Shown: positions 28,007 through 38,734, numbered from the stretch's first letter. The stretch: DNA of 64,000 nucleotides from Longimicrobiales bacterium (GCA_965198065.1 CBDAON010000004.1:1504001-1568000); one strand, 5' to 3'. The notes: generated by a model not told the origin, from the sequence alone. Numbers and translations are program-made.

Positions 28007-29527
28007 CTAGATCTCGGAGTCCTCGGAGTCTCGGGCGGGCAGATCCTCCGATCCCTGGAAATATATGCGGAACTCGGCGCCCCTCCCAACGGGAACCACC
28101 GGGTCGTCGGGCTCCCGCTCCTCCTTTGGGGGCATGAGGACCACTCTCGCGCCGTTCGTCTCCAGCACTCGCTTCACGATGGCGAGCCCCAGCCCAGCGC
28201 CCTGCTCCTTGTCCGAGACGAAGGGCTCGAAGATGCGCTCCACGAAGTGGGGCGCGACCCCGGGCCCGTCGTCCCGAACCGACACGATGGCCTCCCCGCG
28301 CCGGAGCCAGGCGTCCAGCCAGACGTTAGTCCCGGCCTGGGCCGCGTTCTGGAGCAGGTTCAGGACGGACCGTTTCACGTGATCCAGATCGGCCCTCGCA
28401 AGGAGCGGCCTGTCAGGGAGCCGCACCGTGAGCGCTCCCCCGCGCTCCCGGAGCTGGGGCTCGAACAGCTCGACCGCAGCCCTAAGGGGCTCGCGCACGT
28501 CGTGGAGTCGGGGCTCGGGGTGGAGCGGTCGCGCGAACGTAAGGAACTCGTCGATGATGCCGTTCAGCGCCTCCACCTCCGCCTGAACCCGGTGGAAGAG
28601 CCGCTGACGCTCCTCCGGATCCTCGCTCTTCTCGAAGGCGGCCGAGGCGAAGAGCTCGAGGCCTCCGAGCGGGTTTCGGATCTCGTGGGCCACCTGCGCG
28701 AGCATGAGGCGGAGCTGCTCGTCCCGCTGGACGATGCCGACCCGCATGCGTTCCATGGCCCGGGATAGGCGGCCCAGCTCGTCTCGCCGTTCGTCCGCCA
28801 CGCTCTCGTCCCAGCGTCCTCTCTGGATCCGCAGCGCGGCGCGGGAGAGACGCTCGAGCGGGCGAACGATCCCGGTGGCCAGGGAGGCCGCGAGCACCCC
28901 GAACAGAAGGGCCGCACCCGCGGATCCGAGAACGAGCGTCCGCCTGAACTCGGCGAGGGACGAGAGGTAGTCCGCCTGCATGAGGACGACCAGCATGGCG
29001 TCGCTGGGTCGCCGCACGAAGGCGCCCGCCGAGGAGTCGGCCGGCACATCGATGTCCAGACGCTTGAAGCCGTACTTGTACGAGCGCGCGTCCTCCCCCT
29101 CGAACAGCGGCGTTACCGCGTCGCCCTCGCTCCACGCCACGTCCAGCTCCGCGGGATACGCGTCCAGCCAGCGGACCGGGCTTCCGATCGGCGCGGCCTC
29201 GGGGGGATCGGTGCTGACGAGGAGGGAAAGCGACTGGAGGTCGCGTCGAACGACGTGCGCCGCGTCCACGTACGGGAGGAGCGCTAGCAGCCGCTCACGC
29301 CACGGGTCGTAGATGAAGGGGCGGTCCTCGTCGCCGGGCCGGAGCGCCAGCATGAACTCGGCGTCCAGCCCCACTTCGGCCGCGGCGCCCGCCACCCAGA
29401 CCAGCTTCTCGTCCAGCTCCCGTTCGATCGCGCGGCTGGCGAGCGTCCACGCTGACCACCCTCCCGCCACGGTGATCAGGAGGGAGCATCCGACGAGGAG
29501 GAGAATGTACTTCCGTCGTAGGCTCAT
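28007..29527 (-). CDS. HAMP-domain sensor histidine kinase
   Basis: Two TMs, HAMP, AHEIRNPL, NLLQNA, DDGPG, GAGLGLAI. Confidence 0.95.
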   Translation of the reverse strand: MSLRRKYILLLVGCSLLITVAGGWSAWTLASRAIERELDEKLVWVAGAAAEVGLDAEFMLALRPGDEDRPFIYDPWRERLLALLPYVDAAHVVRRDLQSLSLLVSTDPPEAAPIGSPVRWLDAYPAELDVAWSEGDAVTPLFEGEDARSYKYGFKRLDIDVPADSSAGAFVRRPSDAMLVVLMQADYLSSLAEFRRTLVLGSAGAALLFGVLAASLATGIVRPLERLSRAALRIQRGRWDESVADERRDELGRLSRAMERMRVGIVQRDEQLRLMLAQVAHEIRNPLGGLELFASAAFEKSEDPEERQRLFHRVQAEVEALNGIIDEFLTFARPLHPEPRLHDVREPLRAAVELFEPQLRERGGALTVRLPDRPLLARADLDHVKRSVLNLLQNAAQAGTNVWLDAWLRRGEAIVSVRDDGPGVAPHFVERIFEPFVSDKEQGAGLGLAIVKRVLETNGARVVLMPPKEEREPDDPVVPVGRGAEFRIYFQGSEDLPARDSEDSEI

Positions 29528-29575
29528 GCGCGGGGGCGCACCGAGCCGCGGGGACCGACGCTCACGCCTCGGACC

Positions 29576-30643
29576 TCACGCGCCACATGGGATGCGCTCG
29601 ATCTGGGGCGGCGTGAACTCCACGGGGATGGGGACCGCCGGCACCACCACGAGATGGAACGGGTGAGTCCGCTTGGCCGCGGGCGAGCAGAAGTTCCCGG
29701 GGAGGTGCTCGACGAGCTCGACCCTCGTAAACGTGCCGATCCCGAGCACCCGCCGGATCCCCACTACATCCCCGGCTTCCTCGCGCTCCCCGACGGCGGC
29801 CAGGAGCACGTATTCGGTGTTCCACTCCACCTGTGGAAGCGGCGCGTTCGTCCCGGCGTGGCTCTCCCAGAACTGGCGAAACTCGGAAGGCGCCTGCCCG
29901 TCCTGCGACACGAACTCCCGCGAACCGGACGGGAGGGCCGCCGAGTGCTCGCCCTGGTCGAGCGTGCCGAACGGAATCGTCGACGTATAGGTGGACTCCG
30001 CTCCCTCGCCCAGCGTGAAGAAGCGCGCGAGCTGCGCGGCCGTGACCACGCGCGCCGCCTGGGGATCGGGTCCGGCGGCGCCGGGGGCGATGGCGTTGTC
30101 CGGGTGGAGCAGCGAACCCTCGGCACACCGGACCCACCGGCTAGTCTCCCCCCGGATCTCGTCGCGGATCGTGAACATGACCCGGGTAGGCAGCTCTCCG
30201 GCGGCGGGTTCGCAGTCTGGCAGCAGATCCTGTGAGGCCGCTCCCCCGAAAAGTCGATGCCCCGGAGCCTCGCTCAGCTGCTGGACGAAGGAAGCGTACT
30301 CGGCCACGAGCTCACCGGGGTTCAGGCGGCTCCGTCGGATCGTTTCGCTCCCCTGGATGCCGCGGTAGCTCAGGCGCTCCGCCAGGACCCAGGCGCCCCC
30401 GGACTGCCACCGGAGGCTCTCCGTCAGGGCCCCACGGTCGTCGTTCAGGCGAGAGGTGACGTCGACCTGGATGTATCCGACCTCACCAAATAGGGTGGGC
30501 CCGAGCACCGTGGTTTTACCGTCGCATCCGAATAGGACCGCGACCATGCCGAGCCGTCCGAGCCACGCCCCTGATCGTCCGCGGCGTGACCTCGCCTTGA
30601 CGCGGCGTCGCGTGCTCGGAACTTGATGGGGATGGATCACCAC
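29576..30643 (-). CDS. Lipoprotein with PrcB-like C-terminal domain (start uncertain)
   Basis: Lipobox LFGC; LPQVEW..EYVLLAAVGER...PGNFC..THPFHLVVV. Confidence 0.6.
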   Translation of the reverse strand: MVIHPHQVPSTRRRVKARSRRGRSGAWLGRLGMVAVLFGCDGKTTVLGPTLFGEVGYIQVDVTSRLNDDRGALTESLRWQSGGAWVLAERLSYRGIQGSETIRRSRLNPGELVAEYASFVQQLSEAPGHRLFGGAASQDLLPDCEPAAGELPTRVMFTIRDEIRGETSRWVRCAEGSLLHPDNAIAPGAAGPDPQAARVVTAAQLARFFTLGEGAESTYTSTIPFGTLDQGEHSAALPSGSREFVSQDGQAPSEFRQFWESHAGTNAPLPQVEWNTEYVLLAAVGEREEAGDVVGIRRVLGIGTFTRVELVEHLPGNFCSPAAKRTHPFHLVVVPAVPIPVEFTPPQIERIPCGA

Positions 30644-31186
30644 GTCCGCCTCCGCTCCCTTCTGGTCGAGCGTTCATTGGCGATCGGAGACTTTACCCTC
30701 TCGAGCGGCGCCCGTTCGTCATACTACATCGATGGCCGCCTCACGACGATGTCGGCCGAGGGTCAGTTCCTGGTCGGCACGGTGGGATTCGAGGCGATGC
30801 GCAAGCACTGGCCGGACGCCCGCTGGCTCGGAGGACTGACGCTGGGCGCCGATCCTATAGCGTACGCGGTTGCGCACCGGAGCTGGCTCGAGGGTGCGCC
30901 CCTGGGCGCATTCACTGTCCGTAAGGCGGGAAAGGAGCACGGCGCAGGACGTCGGATTGAAGGGGGTCCTCCCCCGGGGGCGAGGGTCGTGATTGTCGAA
31001 GACACGCTCACCTCCGGTGCCAGCTCTCTCTCAGCCGCCGAGGCGGTAGAAGCGGAGGCTGGGGTTATTGTGGGCGTCCTAGCGCTCGTGGATCGCGGGG
31101 CGGGAGGTGCCGAACGGGTCCGGGCAGCGGGTCACACGCTCGTCTCGCTTTTTACTGCTCAGGAGCTACTCGCCACTGCCGGTTAG
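30632..31186 (+). CDS. pyrE: Orotate phosphoribosyltransferase
   Basis: GDFTLSSG..SSYYID; VRK..KEHG; IVEDTLTSG. Confidence 0.93.
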   Translation: MDHHVRLRSLLVERSLAIGDFTLSSGARSSYYIDGRLTTMSAEGQFLVGTVGFEAMRKHWPDARWLGGLTLGADPIAYAVAHRSWLEGAPLGAFTVRKAGKEHGAGRRIEGGPPPGARVVIVEDTLTSGASSLSAAEAVEAEAGVIVGVLALVDRGAGGAERVRAAGHTLVSLFTAQELLATAG

Positions 31187-31204
31187 AGCTCGTCGCCAGG
31201 TTAC

Positions 31205-32320
31205 TCAGTCGACAAGCCGAAGGGGCATCACGAGACAGAGGTAGTCCCGAGCTTCTTCCCCGTCGTCGGAAACGGGCTCGATCGTAGCGGCACGCTCGGG
31301 AGCTTTGAACCCCAAGCGGATCTCGTCTGTCCCTACATAGCGGAGGACCTCGAGGAGATAGTTTGCGTTGAAGCCAATTTGAATGTCTTCCCCTTCGTAG
31401 CTTATTTCCAGCTCATCGTGTGCCTCACCCAGATCTGGTGTCAGCACGTTCAACTCGACTCGGCCGTCCTCGAACTTCATCCGGATCCTGTGTGTCTGCT
31501 CTGACGCGACAGCGGCAACTCGCCTCACTGCCGACTCAAACTCCTTTAGCGCCACAACCGCAAACCGATCGTTGTCCTTTGGAATGACCTGCTCATAGTT
31601 GGGATAAGTTCCGTCGATCAGCCTCGTATAGACCTCGGTACCCCCTGCCGAAAACCCGAGGTGGTTACCCCCCTGCGCTACCTGCACCGTGTCGTCCTCA
31701 CCAAAGAGCCTCTGAACATGCTGAAGTGCTGCCTGCGGCACGATGAGCTGCGTCGTTGTCTGGAGAGATGGTCCGGCGGGAATCGTCATCCTGGCAAGCC
31801 GGTGACCGTTCGTCGCGACCATCCGCATCTCATGATCACGTAGCTCCCATAGCACTCCATTCAGGACGGGCCGGCTCTCCTCGGTTGAGACCGCAAAGGC
31901 AGTATGCCGGATGAGTGACAGGAGATCCCGTCCTGATGCGCTCCATCCACCATCAAATGCAACATCGGGAAGAGTAGGAAAGTCACTGGTAGGGAGACCA
32001 TTCAGCTTGAAGTAGGATCGACCGCATCGCAGCTCGATCTGCTCGCCACGTGTACTGATCTCGACGGGCTCTTCGGGAAGCTCCCGAGTGATCTCCCGAA
32101 GTTTCTTTCCAGGCGCCGTCAGATCTCCCTCTTCTCCGACATCGACTGCCACATGAATACGAACCGCGACATCCAGATCCGTTCCACTAAACCTCACCCC
32201 ATCAGCCGTCGTCTCGATTAGAATGTTGGACAGGACCGGAAGAGTTGTCTTCGATGGGAGGCTGGCGGAAACAGCACTGAGCCCCTGATGCAGGTTCTGA
32301 CGCGTGATCTTGAATCTCAT
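31205..32320 (-). CDS. dnaN: DNA polymerase III beta clamp
   Basis: TLPVLSN, GTDLD, VATNGHRL, YPNYEQVIP, GFNANYL, LVMPLR; downstream of dnaA. Confidence 0.97.
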   Translation of the reverse strand: MRFKITRQNLHQGLSAVSASLPSKTTLPVLSNILIETTADGVRFSGTDLDVAVRIHVAVDVGEEGDLTAPGKKLREITRELPEEPVEISTRGEQIELRCGRSYFKLNGLPTSDFPTLPDVAFDGGWSASGRDLLSLIRHTAFAVSTEESRPVLNGVLWELRDHEMRMVATNGHRLARMTIPAGPSLQTTTQLIVPQAALQHVQRLFGEDDTVQVAQGGNHLGFSAGGTEVYTRLIDGTYPNYEQVIPKDNDRFAVVALKEFESAVRRVAAVASEQTHRIRMKFEDGRVELNVLTPDLGEAHDELEISYEGEDIQIGFNANYLLEVLRYVGTDEIRLGFKAPERAATIEPVSDDGEEARDYLCLVMPLRLVD

Positions 32321-32344
32321 CCGGTCCTCGAACGGGTGGCCAGG

Positions 32345-32670
32345 ATCTTCCACGGGAACTACTACTACTATGTCTCTAATATAGACCTAGTAGTAGTAGT
32401 AGTAGTATGCGTGGATCTGTGGACTCTCACGCTACAGGATATCCGAATCTAGAGCCGTACACCACCATAGGAGATTGCGCTTGAGAGTGGAACTGAGGTG
32501 GATGATCACTATCACCTTTCCACTTCCTCCAACTCTCGAACGTGATAGTTAACACCTTCCCACATCTCTCACACTGCTCCCGACTAGTTTTCCACTCTCT
32601 ATACGAGCTAATGTACAGTCTCGCGGTGAGTACGATGGGAAGGACAGCACGAGACCGAGGCGGCTCGCTC
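32345..32670. other. Probable chromosomal replication origin (oriC) with DnaA-box-like sites and DnaA-trio arrays
   Basis: dnaA-dnaN intergenic; several TTCCAC/GTGGA motifs; CTA repeats at 32359-32370 and TAG repeats at 32388-32407 around an AT-rich spacer. Confidence 0.85.
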
Positions 32671-32672
32671 TC

Positions 32673-34085
32673 TCAGCGGGGTAAGTCCAGTCTCTCGCGG
32701 ATCAGCTTTACGCGTGAAGCAAAGCTTGGGTCACCGTTTATCTGAGCCTGAACCTTGCGGATCGAGTGGATCACTGTCGAGTGGTCCCGACCTCCGAACG
32801 TCTGCCCGATCCGAACCAGGGGTTCGTCCAGGATCTCCTTGATCAAGTACATGGCGACTTGCCGTGGTACGGTGACGTCGCGTGTGCGCTTCTTGGAAAT
32901 GAGACCATCCGGTCTAACATTCCAGCTTCGGGCAACTTCATCCCGGATATGCTCTGCACTGAGTGATATCCGGTCGCGGTGCTCCCGCCCCCGGATGACA
33001 CTCTGGAGCGCGGTACGGGTAAGCTCGAGCGTGATTTCCTCGTTTCGGAGCGACGAGTATGCGAGGAGCTTGATGATGGCCCCCTCCATCTCCCGGACAG
33101 ACGACGTGCATGAGCGCGCGACGAAGTCGATGGTCTCCATGTCGATCACGAGGCCGTCGTCGTTTGCCTTCTTCTGGATGATCGCCACGCGCGTCTCGTA
33201 GTCGGGTGGCTTGATGTCGGCCACGAGCCCCCACTCAAACCGGGATACAAGCCGCTCTTCCACGCCCGGCAGCTCCTTCGGGGGCCGGTCGCTTGTGACG
33301 ACGATCTGTTTGCTCGCGTCATAGAGAGCATTGAAGGTGTGGAAGAACTCTTCCTGCGTGCTCTCTTTCTGCTCGAGAAATTGCACGTCGTCGACCAGGA
33401 GCACATCGATCTCGCGAAAGCGACGCCGGAACGCGGGAGTGGTCCCCCGTTGGATGGCGTTCACGAGCTCATTCATGAAGCGCTCCGTCGTCACGTACGC
33501 GACACTCACACTCTGCTGGCTCCCCAGGATCGCGTGCCCAAGTGCGTGCATAAGGTGCGTCTTCCCGAGGCCGACCCCGCCGTAAAGGAAGAGCGGGTTG
33601 TAGATCTTCGCGGGGCGCTCGGCGACCGCGTGTCCTGCGGCAACCGCGAGCTGATTGTTGCTGCCGACGACGAAGCGGTCGAAGGTGTAGCGGTCGTTCA
33701 GGTTGGCCCCGCGCCCGGGGTCGCCACCCAATGGCGGCTCTCCGCGCGACCGGGCCAAGTGGGGAAGCGGGACGGTGCCCTGCGGCTCGGTTCGCGGCGC
33801 GATGTCGGCCGAGGGTATCCGCGGCTGCGCCACGGGAGCCGAGCAGCGAAACGCGAGCCGAAGAGGGCGGCCCAGCGTCTCCCGGACCAGCTCCGAGAGC
33901 AGAGTGCCGTACTTATCCTCGACCCACTCCACATGGAACTCGCTCGGGGCCTCGACGATCAACTCGTCTTCGGAGAGGCCTACGGCTTGGCTACCGGCCA
34001 ACCAGGTCCGAAAGCTCTGCTCCGGAACCCGCGTCTTCACGGATGCGAGGACTCGGGACCAGAGCTCGGACGCAGTGAACTCCAT
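32673..34085 (-). CDS. dnaA: Chromosomal replication initiator DnaA
   Basis: YNPLFLYGGVGLGKTHL, LLVDDVQF, QEEFFHTFN, FGGRDHSTV. Confidence 0.98.
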   Translation of the reverse strand: MEFTASELWSRVLASVKTRVPEQSFRTWLAGSQAVGLSEDELIVEAPSEFHVEWVEDKYGTLLSELVRETLGRPLRLAFRCSAPVAQPRIPSADIAPRTEPQGTVPLPHLARSRGEPPLGGDPGRGANLNDRYTFDRFVVGSNNQLAVAAGHAVAERPAKIYNPLFLYGGVGLGKTHLMHALGHAILGSQQSVSVAYVTTERFMNELVNAIQRGTTPAFRRRFREIDVLLVDDVQFLEQKESTQEEFFHTFNALYDASKQIVVTSDRPPKELPGVEERLVSRFEWGLVADIKPPDYETRVAIIQKKANDDGLVIDMETIDFVARSCTSSVREMEGAIIKLLAYSSLRNEEITLELTRTALQSVIRGREHRDRISLSAEHIRDEVARSWNVRPDGLISKKRTRDVTVPRQVAMYLIKEILDEPLVRIGQTFGGRDHSTVIHSIRKVQAQINGDPSFASRVKLIRERLDLPR

Positions 34086-34277
34086 CTGGCGGTCGCGAAA
34101 ATGACGGTCGATTCGGCTGGGAAGATGCGAGTACGCACCCGGAACGGGGCATCGTAATCGCGACGATGCGGAGAAGTCAATTCCGCGAGGTCACCTTGAC
34201 TCTCCTCTGCGGCTCCGGGTAGGTTTTCCCGCCCGAAAGGCGTCCTGCTGCCGGACCACGAGAGAGGTGGGAAGGGG

Positions 34278-34427
34278 ATGAAGCCGACGTACAGGCCGCG
34301 GAACCGCAAGCGCATCAACAAGCACGGTTTCCGCGCCCGCATGAAGACTCGCGGGGGGCGGAGGGTTCTTTCTCGCCGTCGCCGGCGCGGGCGTGCCCGA
34401 CTTACTGTGAAGCTGGGATCGAAGTAA
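34278..34427 (+). CDS. rpmH: 50S ribosomal protein L34
   Basis: [42 protein letters not shown]. Confidence 0.97.
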   Translation: MKPTYRPRNRKRINKHGFRARMKTRGGRRVLSRRRRRGRARLTVKLGSK

Positions 34428-34545
34428 CCGTTGGGTTCGGCGCGCGGACCCGGGCGCCTCGTCGCGGGTCCCGGCGCGCTCCTTCGTTTCGGACCTCCTG
34501 GCTTCACTGAGGTCCCCGGCAATGATACCACACTTCCCGATCGCG

Positions 34546-34989
34546 ATGCCTCGCCCGACCGATCCCCACGGCTCGGAAGAGGACGAGACCCGACCCACGA
34601 ACGACCGGCCTGCGGACGGGGAAGGCCTCCCGAGAACGCTCAGGATCCGGTTGGGCGGCGAGATCCGGAGCCTCCTACGCAACGGCGCACGCCACAGGGA
34701 TCCGCTGCTCGAGGTGTTCAGCTTGAGTTCGTCCGTCGTGGGTCGGCCCCGTCTCGGCGTTATCGTACCCCGGCACGGCCGGACGATCGTGGAGCGAAAT
34801 CTGCTTCGAAGACGACTCCGCGAGATCGGGCGACGCGATGTCCTGCCACACCTGAGGAGGGAAGGGTGCCATGCCGACGTGCTCGTCCGCTCTCGCCCCG
34901 AGGCGTACGACGCGACCTTCTCCGTCCTGAGGGAAGCGCTCATCCGATCCACGGAGCGACTTTGTTCCGACAGCTCGCCCTCCGCCTGA
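34546..34989 (+). CDS. rnpA: Ribonuclease P protein component
   Basis: [25 protein letters not shown]; follows rpmH. Confidence 0.88.
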   Translation: MPRPTDPHGSEEDETRPTNDRPADGEGLPRTLRIRLGGEIRSLLRNGARHRDPLLEVFSLSSSVVGRPRLGVIVPRHGRTIVERNLLRRRLREIGRRDVLPHLRREGCHADVLVRSRPEAYDATFSVLREALIRSTERLCSDSSPSA

Positions 34990-35201
34990 TCGACCTGTAC
35001 CGGAAGGGGATCTCGCCGCTCGCTCCCCCGTCGTGCCGGTTCGTTCCGAGCTGCTCCGCGTACGCCCGCGAGGCCGTGGAACGACACGGCGTCGCGCGCG
35101 GAGCATGGCTCTTCGCCAAGCGCTTGTCGCGTTGCCACCCGCTCGGCCGGTACGGATACGACCCGGTACCGCCCGGGGTCGGGAAAGCTCCTGAACGGTG
35201 A
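34962..35201 (+). CDS. yidD: Membrane protein insertion efficiency factor YidD
   Basis: [30 protein letters not shown]. Confidence 0.92.
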   Translation: MFRQLALRLIDLYRKGISPLAPPSCRFVPSCSAYAREAVERHGVARGAWLFAKRLSRCHPLGRYGYDPVPPGVGKAPER

Positions 35202-36943
35202 GCGTAGAGGCTCGCTTCGTCCTCGCCATCGTGCTCATGATGGCGGTCCTCGTGGGAGGAAATCTCATCTTCCCGCGCGGTTCGAGAGCGCCCGGTGAGG
35301 CTCCGGGGGACAGCGCGAGCGCGGCCGGCGCGGAGGGTGTCGGGGCCGGGGCAACCGGTGGGCCCGCCGATGCGGCTCCTCTACCTACCGCGGGCGCTCC
35401 GGGCCCAACCGATCCGGGCGCCGTCGTCCCTTCGATCGCCGACACGTTGGCGCCTCCTGCCGAAGTGATCCCCGCGGAGCCCGAGAGCGAGATTCGGGTG
35501 GAGGGGCCGCTTTACACGGTGACCTTCTCGAACGTGGGTGGGCGGATCGTTTCGGTCCTCCTCCCCGGGTTCGAGTCCTTCACCCGGGATGGGGCGGTCG
35601 AGCTCATCGAGGAGGGAGACCCGGGCCTTCTGGGCGCCCGGCTCGTCGTGGGAGCAGATACGGTGGACCTGCGTTCGATCGCCATGCAGGCCACGCCGGC
35701 CGAGGGGCTACGGCTCGAAGCGGGTGGAGACTCCGGGGTCCTCTCGTTGCGAGCCACCGATCCGTCGAGCGGAATTGGCTACGAGGTCGCGTACACGTTC
35801 GACCCCGATACATACATCGTGGAAGTGAGCGGGAGCCTAACGGGTTCGGGCCGCGCCATCCTCATGACGGACCTGGGTTGGGGGGTCGCGTACAACGAGG
35901 TGGACGAGTCCACGGAGGCCCGGGAGATGGCCTACGTGGTGAACCACCTCCAGCAGGGGATCCAGGCGACGCAGCTCTCGGACGTGGAGGCCCCCGGGGC
36001 GGAGGACGGTCCGTTCCTGTGGACGGCGAGCAAGAGCCGGTACTTCGTCGTAGGGCTCCTCCCTCCGGCCGGCGGCGCCGGCGAGTACCTGGGAGGGCTG
36101 GTGGCGACGCCCGCTCCCGAGCGCGAGGATCGGGCACGGGTGGCGGTGACCCAGGCTGTCGGGGACCAGGGATTCGACTTCCGGCTGTATGTCGGACCGC
36201 AGGACTACGCCCTGCTCTCCGCCGTGGGAAGCGAGTTCCAGGAGGTGAGCCCCGTCGGTTGGGAATGGCTCCGCCCGGTCCTTCGGCCGATCGTCGCGGC
36301 CATCATGTGGGTGCTCGTGTTCTTCCACGAAAACCTCGCGATCGGCTACGGGTGGGTTCTGATCCTGATGGGCGTGCTCATGCGGATCGTGCTCTTCCCA
36401 CTGAACCACAAGGCCATGCGCGCGCAGCTCAAGAACATGGCCGTGCAGCCGCTCCTGAAGGACATCCAGACGAGGTACAAGGATCAGCCCGAGCGGATGC
36501 AAGCGGAGCTCATGAAGCTCTACAAGGAGCACGGCTTCAATCCGCTCGGGGGATGCTGGCCGATCCTCCTGCCGTGGCCGATCCTCATCGCGCTCTTCTT
36601 CGTCTTTCGGAACACGATCGAGCTCCGAGGCGTCCCCTTCGCCTGGCTTCCGGACCTTGCGGCGAAGGACCCCATCTACGTGCTCCCCCTGCTGCTCGGG
36701 GTCTCCATGTTCGTGATCCAGTGGATCTCGATGCGCGCGGTGGCGGACACGAATCCCCAGATGAAGATGATGCTCTGGTTCATGCCCATCTTCATGGTGG
36801 TGATCTTCGTGAACTTTCCATCGGGGCTGAACCTCTACTACCTGAGCCAGAACGTCGCGACGCTGCCGCAGTCGTGGTGGATCGCCAAGGAGCGGGAGAA
36901 GGTCCAGCTCAAGCAGCCCCCGGCACCGGCGGCGAAACGTTGA
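35198..36943 (+). CDS. yidC: Membrane protein insertase YidC
   Basis: [44 protein letters not shown]. Confidence 0.95.
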   Translation: MSVEARFVLAIVLMMAVLVGGNLIFPRGSRAPGEAPGDSASAAGAEGVGAGATGGPADAAPLPTAGAPGPTDPGAVVPSIADTLAPPAEVIPAEPESEIRVEGPLYTVTFSNVGGRIVSVLLPGFESFTRDGAVELIEEGDPGLLGARLVVGADTVDLRSIAMQATPAEGLRLEAGGDSGVLSLRATDPSSGIGYEVAYTFDPDTYIVEVSGSLTGSGRAILMTDLGWGVAYNEVDESTEAREMAYVVNHLQQGIQATQLSDVEAPGAEDGPFLWTASKSRYFVVGLLPPAGGAGEYLGGLVATPAPEREDRARVAVTQAVGDQGFDFRLYVGPQDYALLSAVGSEFQEVSPVGWEWLRPVLRPIVAAIMWVLVFFHENLAIGYGWVLILMGVLMRIVLFPLNHKAMRAQLKNMAVQPLLKDIQTRYKDQPERMQAELMKLYKEHGFNPLGGCWPILLPWPILIALFFVFRNTIELRGVPFAWLPDLAAKDPIYVLPLLLGVSMFVIQWISMRAVADTNPQMKMMLWFMPIFMVVIFVNFPSGLNLYYLSQNVATLPQSWWIAKEREKVQLKQPPAPAAKR

Positions 36944-37031
36944 AGGCTGCCCGGGGCCAACCTGGCCGCTCGCCGTCCAAGGGGGCGTGCGACGCATGGG
37001 GTGAGGGGCTCCGGGAAGGAGGGCGGAGACT

Positions 37032-38411
37032 CTGGATACGATCGCTGCGATCGCGACGCCCCCCGGGCGGGGAGCCCTCGCAATCGTCCGCGTCTCCGGG
37101 CCGGCGACGGGCGGCCTGATCCTCAGACTGGTCCCGTTCCTCGGGGGGCGTCTTCCCGAGCCTCGGACCGCGCGCCTCCTCTCCCTGAAGGACCCCGACA
37201 CGGACGAGCTCCTGGACCGGGGGCTCCTGACGTGGTACCCGGGGCCGGCCTCGTACACGGGCGAGGACGCGGCCGAGCTCTCCGTCCACGGCGGAGTACT
37301 CGTTCCCGCGCTGGTGCTAGACGCCCTGCTCCGCGCGGGCGCACGGCTCGCGCGCCCCGGGGAGTTCACGGAGCGGGCGTACCTCCATGGGAAGCTTGAC
37401 CTGGTGCAGGCGGAAGGCGTCGGTGACCTGGTGGAGGCGGGAAGCGAGGCGGCCCGACGGGCGGCGCTCTCGCAGACCGAGGGGGGCCTGTCCAGACGGA
37501 TCGGCGAGCTGCGGGATGGAATCGTCGGCCTGGAAGCGCTCCTGGTCTACCATGTGGACTTCCCCGAAGAGGACGAGCCGCCGGTCCCTCTGGATCGCAT
37601 CGTGCGGGAGGCGGGGGCGCTGGAGGAGCGGCTCTCGGTGCTGCTGGCGACGGCCCCGGAGGGGGAGCTCCTCCGGGACGGGGCCCTCACTGTCCTGGCG
37701 GGGCGACCGAACTCCGGCAAGTCGTCCCTCTTCAACGCGCTCCTCGGGGAGGCGCGAGCCATCGTCACCGCCGAGCCCGGAACCACCAGGGACGCGATTG
37801 AGGCCCGCATCTCGCTGGGCGGCTTTCCGTTTCGGCTGGTGGACACGGCGGGGCTTCGTCCGAGGCCTGGCGAGATCGAAAGGCTGGGGATCGAGGTCGC
37901 GCGCCGGTACGTGGGTCACGCGAGCCTTCTCGTTCTTTGCGTCCCGAGCGACGAGGAGTGGGGCGAGGCGGAAGCGGAGTTCGTGGCCGGGGCGCCAGTG
38001 TCCACCCCGATCGTCGTGCTCCGGACGATGCGGGACCGGCCCGCGCGGAACGGGGGCGAGCCGCTCCCCCTACCCGGGGGGGTTCGGGCCGCCGCGGTGA
38101 TCGAGGTCTCGGTGGAGGACGGCGCCGGCCTGGAGGAAGTCCGGAACGTCCTTCCCGGATTGGTGTTCCGGGGTCTCGCCGCCGTAGGAGGGGAGGTCCC
38201 GGTGCTCACGAGGCGTCGGCAGCGGAGCGCGGTAGCCCGGGCCCGGGAAGAGGTGGGCAAGTTCCGCGATGCGCTCGCCGAGGGGATCGCCGCCGAGGTG
38301 GCCTCGACCCACCTGCGCTCCGCGGAGACCGCGCTCGAGGAGCTGATCGGCGTGATCCCGGGGGATGAGGTGATGGATCGGGTGTTCGGCGAGTTCTGTA
38401 TCGGGAAGTGA
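37032..38411 (+). CDS. mnmE: tRNA modification GTPase MnmE
   Basis: DTIAAIATPPGRGALAIVRVSG from CTG 37032; SYTGED; GRPNSGKSS; GTTRD; DTAG; FCIGK. Confidence 0.95.
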   Translation: MDTIAAIATPPGRGALAIVRVSGPATGGLILRLVPFLGGRLPEPRTARLLSLKDPDTDELLDRGLLTWYPGPASYTGEDAAELSVHGGVLVPALVLDALLRAGARLARPGEFTERAYLHGKLDLVQAEGVGDLVEAGSEAARRAALSQTEGGLSRRIGELRDGIVGLEALLVYHVDFPEEDEPPVPLDRIVREAGALEERLSVLLATAPEGELLRDGALTVLAGRPNSGKSSLFNALLGEARAIVTAEPGTTRDAIEARISLGGFPFRLVDTAGLRPRPGEIERLGIEVARRYVGHASLLVLCVPSDEEWGEAEAEFVAGAPVSTPIVVLRTMRDRPARNGGEPLPLPGGVRAAAVIEVSVEDGAGLEEVRNVLPGLVFRGLAAVGGEVPVLTRRRQRSAVARAREEVGKFRDALAEGIAAEVASTHLRSAETALEELIGVIPGDEVMDRVFGEFCIGK

Positions 38412-38440
38412 GGCGGGCGCGCCGCCCGCAAGGGGGAGGT

Positions 38441-38734
38441 GTGGCTCAGGACCAGGGCCCTGTTGAGGAAGCCCGAGGGTTCCGTATCGAGGGGCGTGTC
38501 CAGGGCGTGGGGTTCCGATGGTGGACCGTTCGGACGGCCCACTTCCTCGGCCTCCGCGGATGGGTGATGAACCTGCCGGACGGTGCGGTGGAGGCGCACG
38601 CGTCGGGGTCAGCCGAGGCCCTGGCCCGCATGCGCGAGCAACTCGGCCTCGGGCCGTTCGGTAGCCGGGTGGACGGAGTGGCCGACGTTCCCGCCTCGGG
38701 CGACCTGCCCCCGAGCGGGTTCGAGATCCGCTGA
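38441..38734 (+). CDS. acyP: Acylphosphatase
   Basis: GRVQGVGFR, GWVMNLPDGAVE. Confidence 0.9.
   Translation: MAQDQGPVEEARGFRIEGRVQGVGFRWWTVRTAHFLGLRGWVMNLPDGAVEAHASGSAEALARMREQLGLGPFGSRVDGVADVPASGDLPPSGFEIR

Noticed and set aside
32359..32407. Simple microsatellite
   Set aside because: Its position beside DnaA-box-like sites in the dnaA-dnaN gap fits DnaA-trios better
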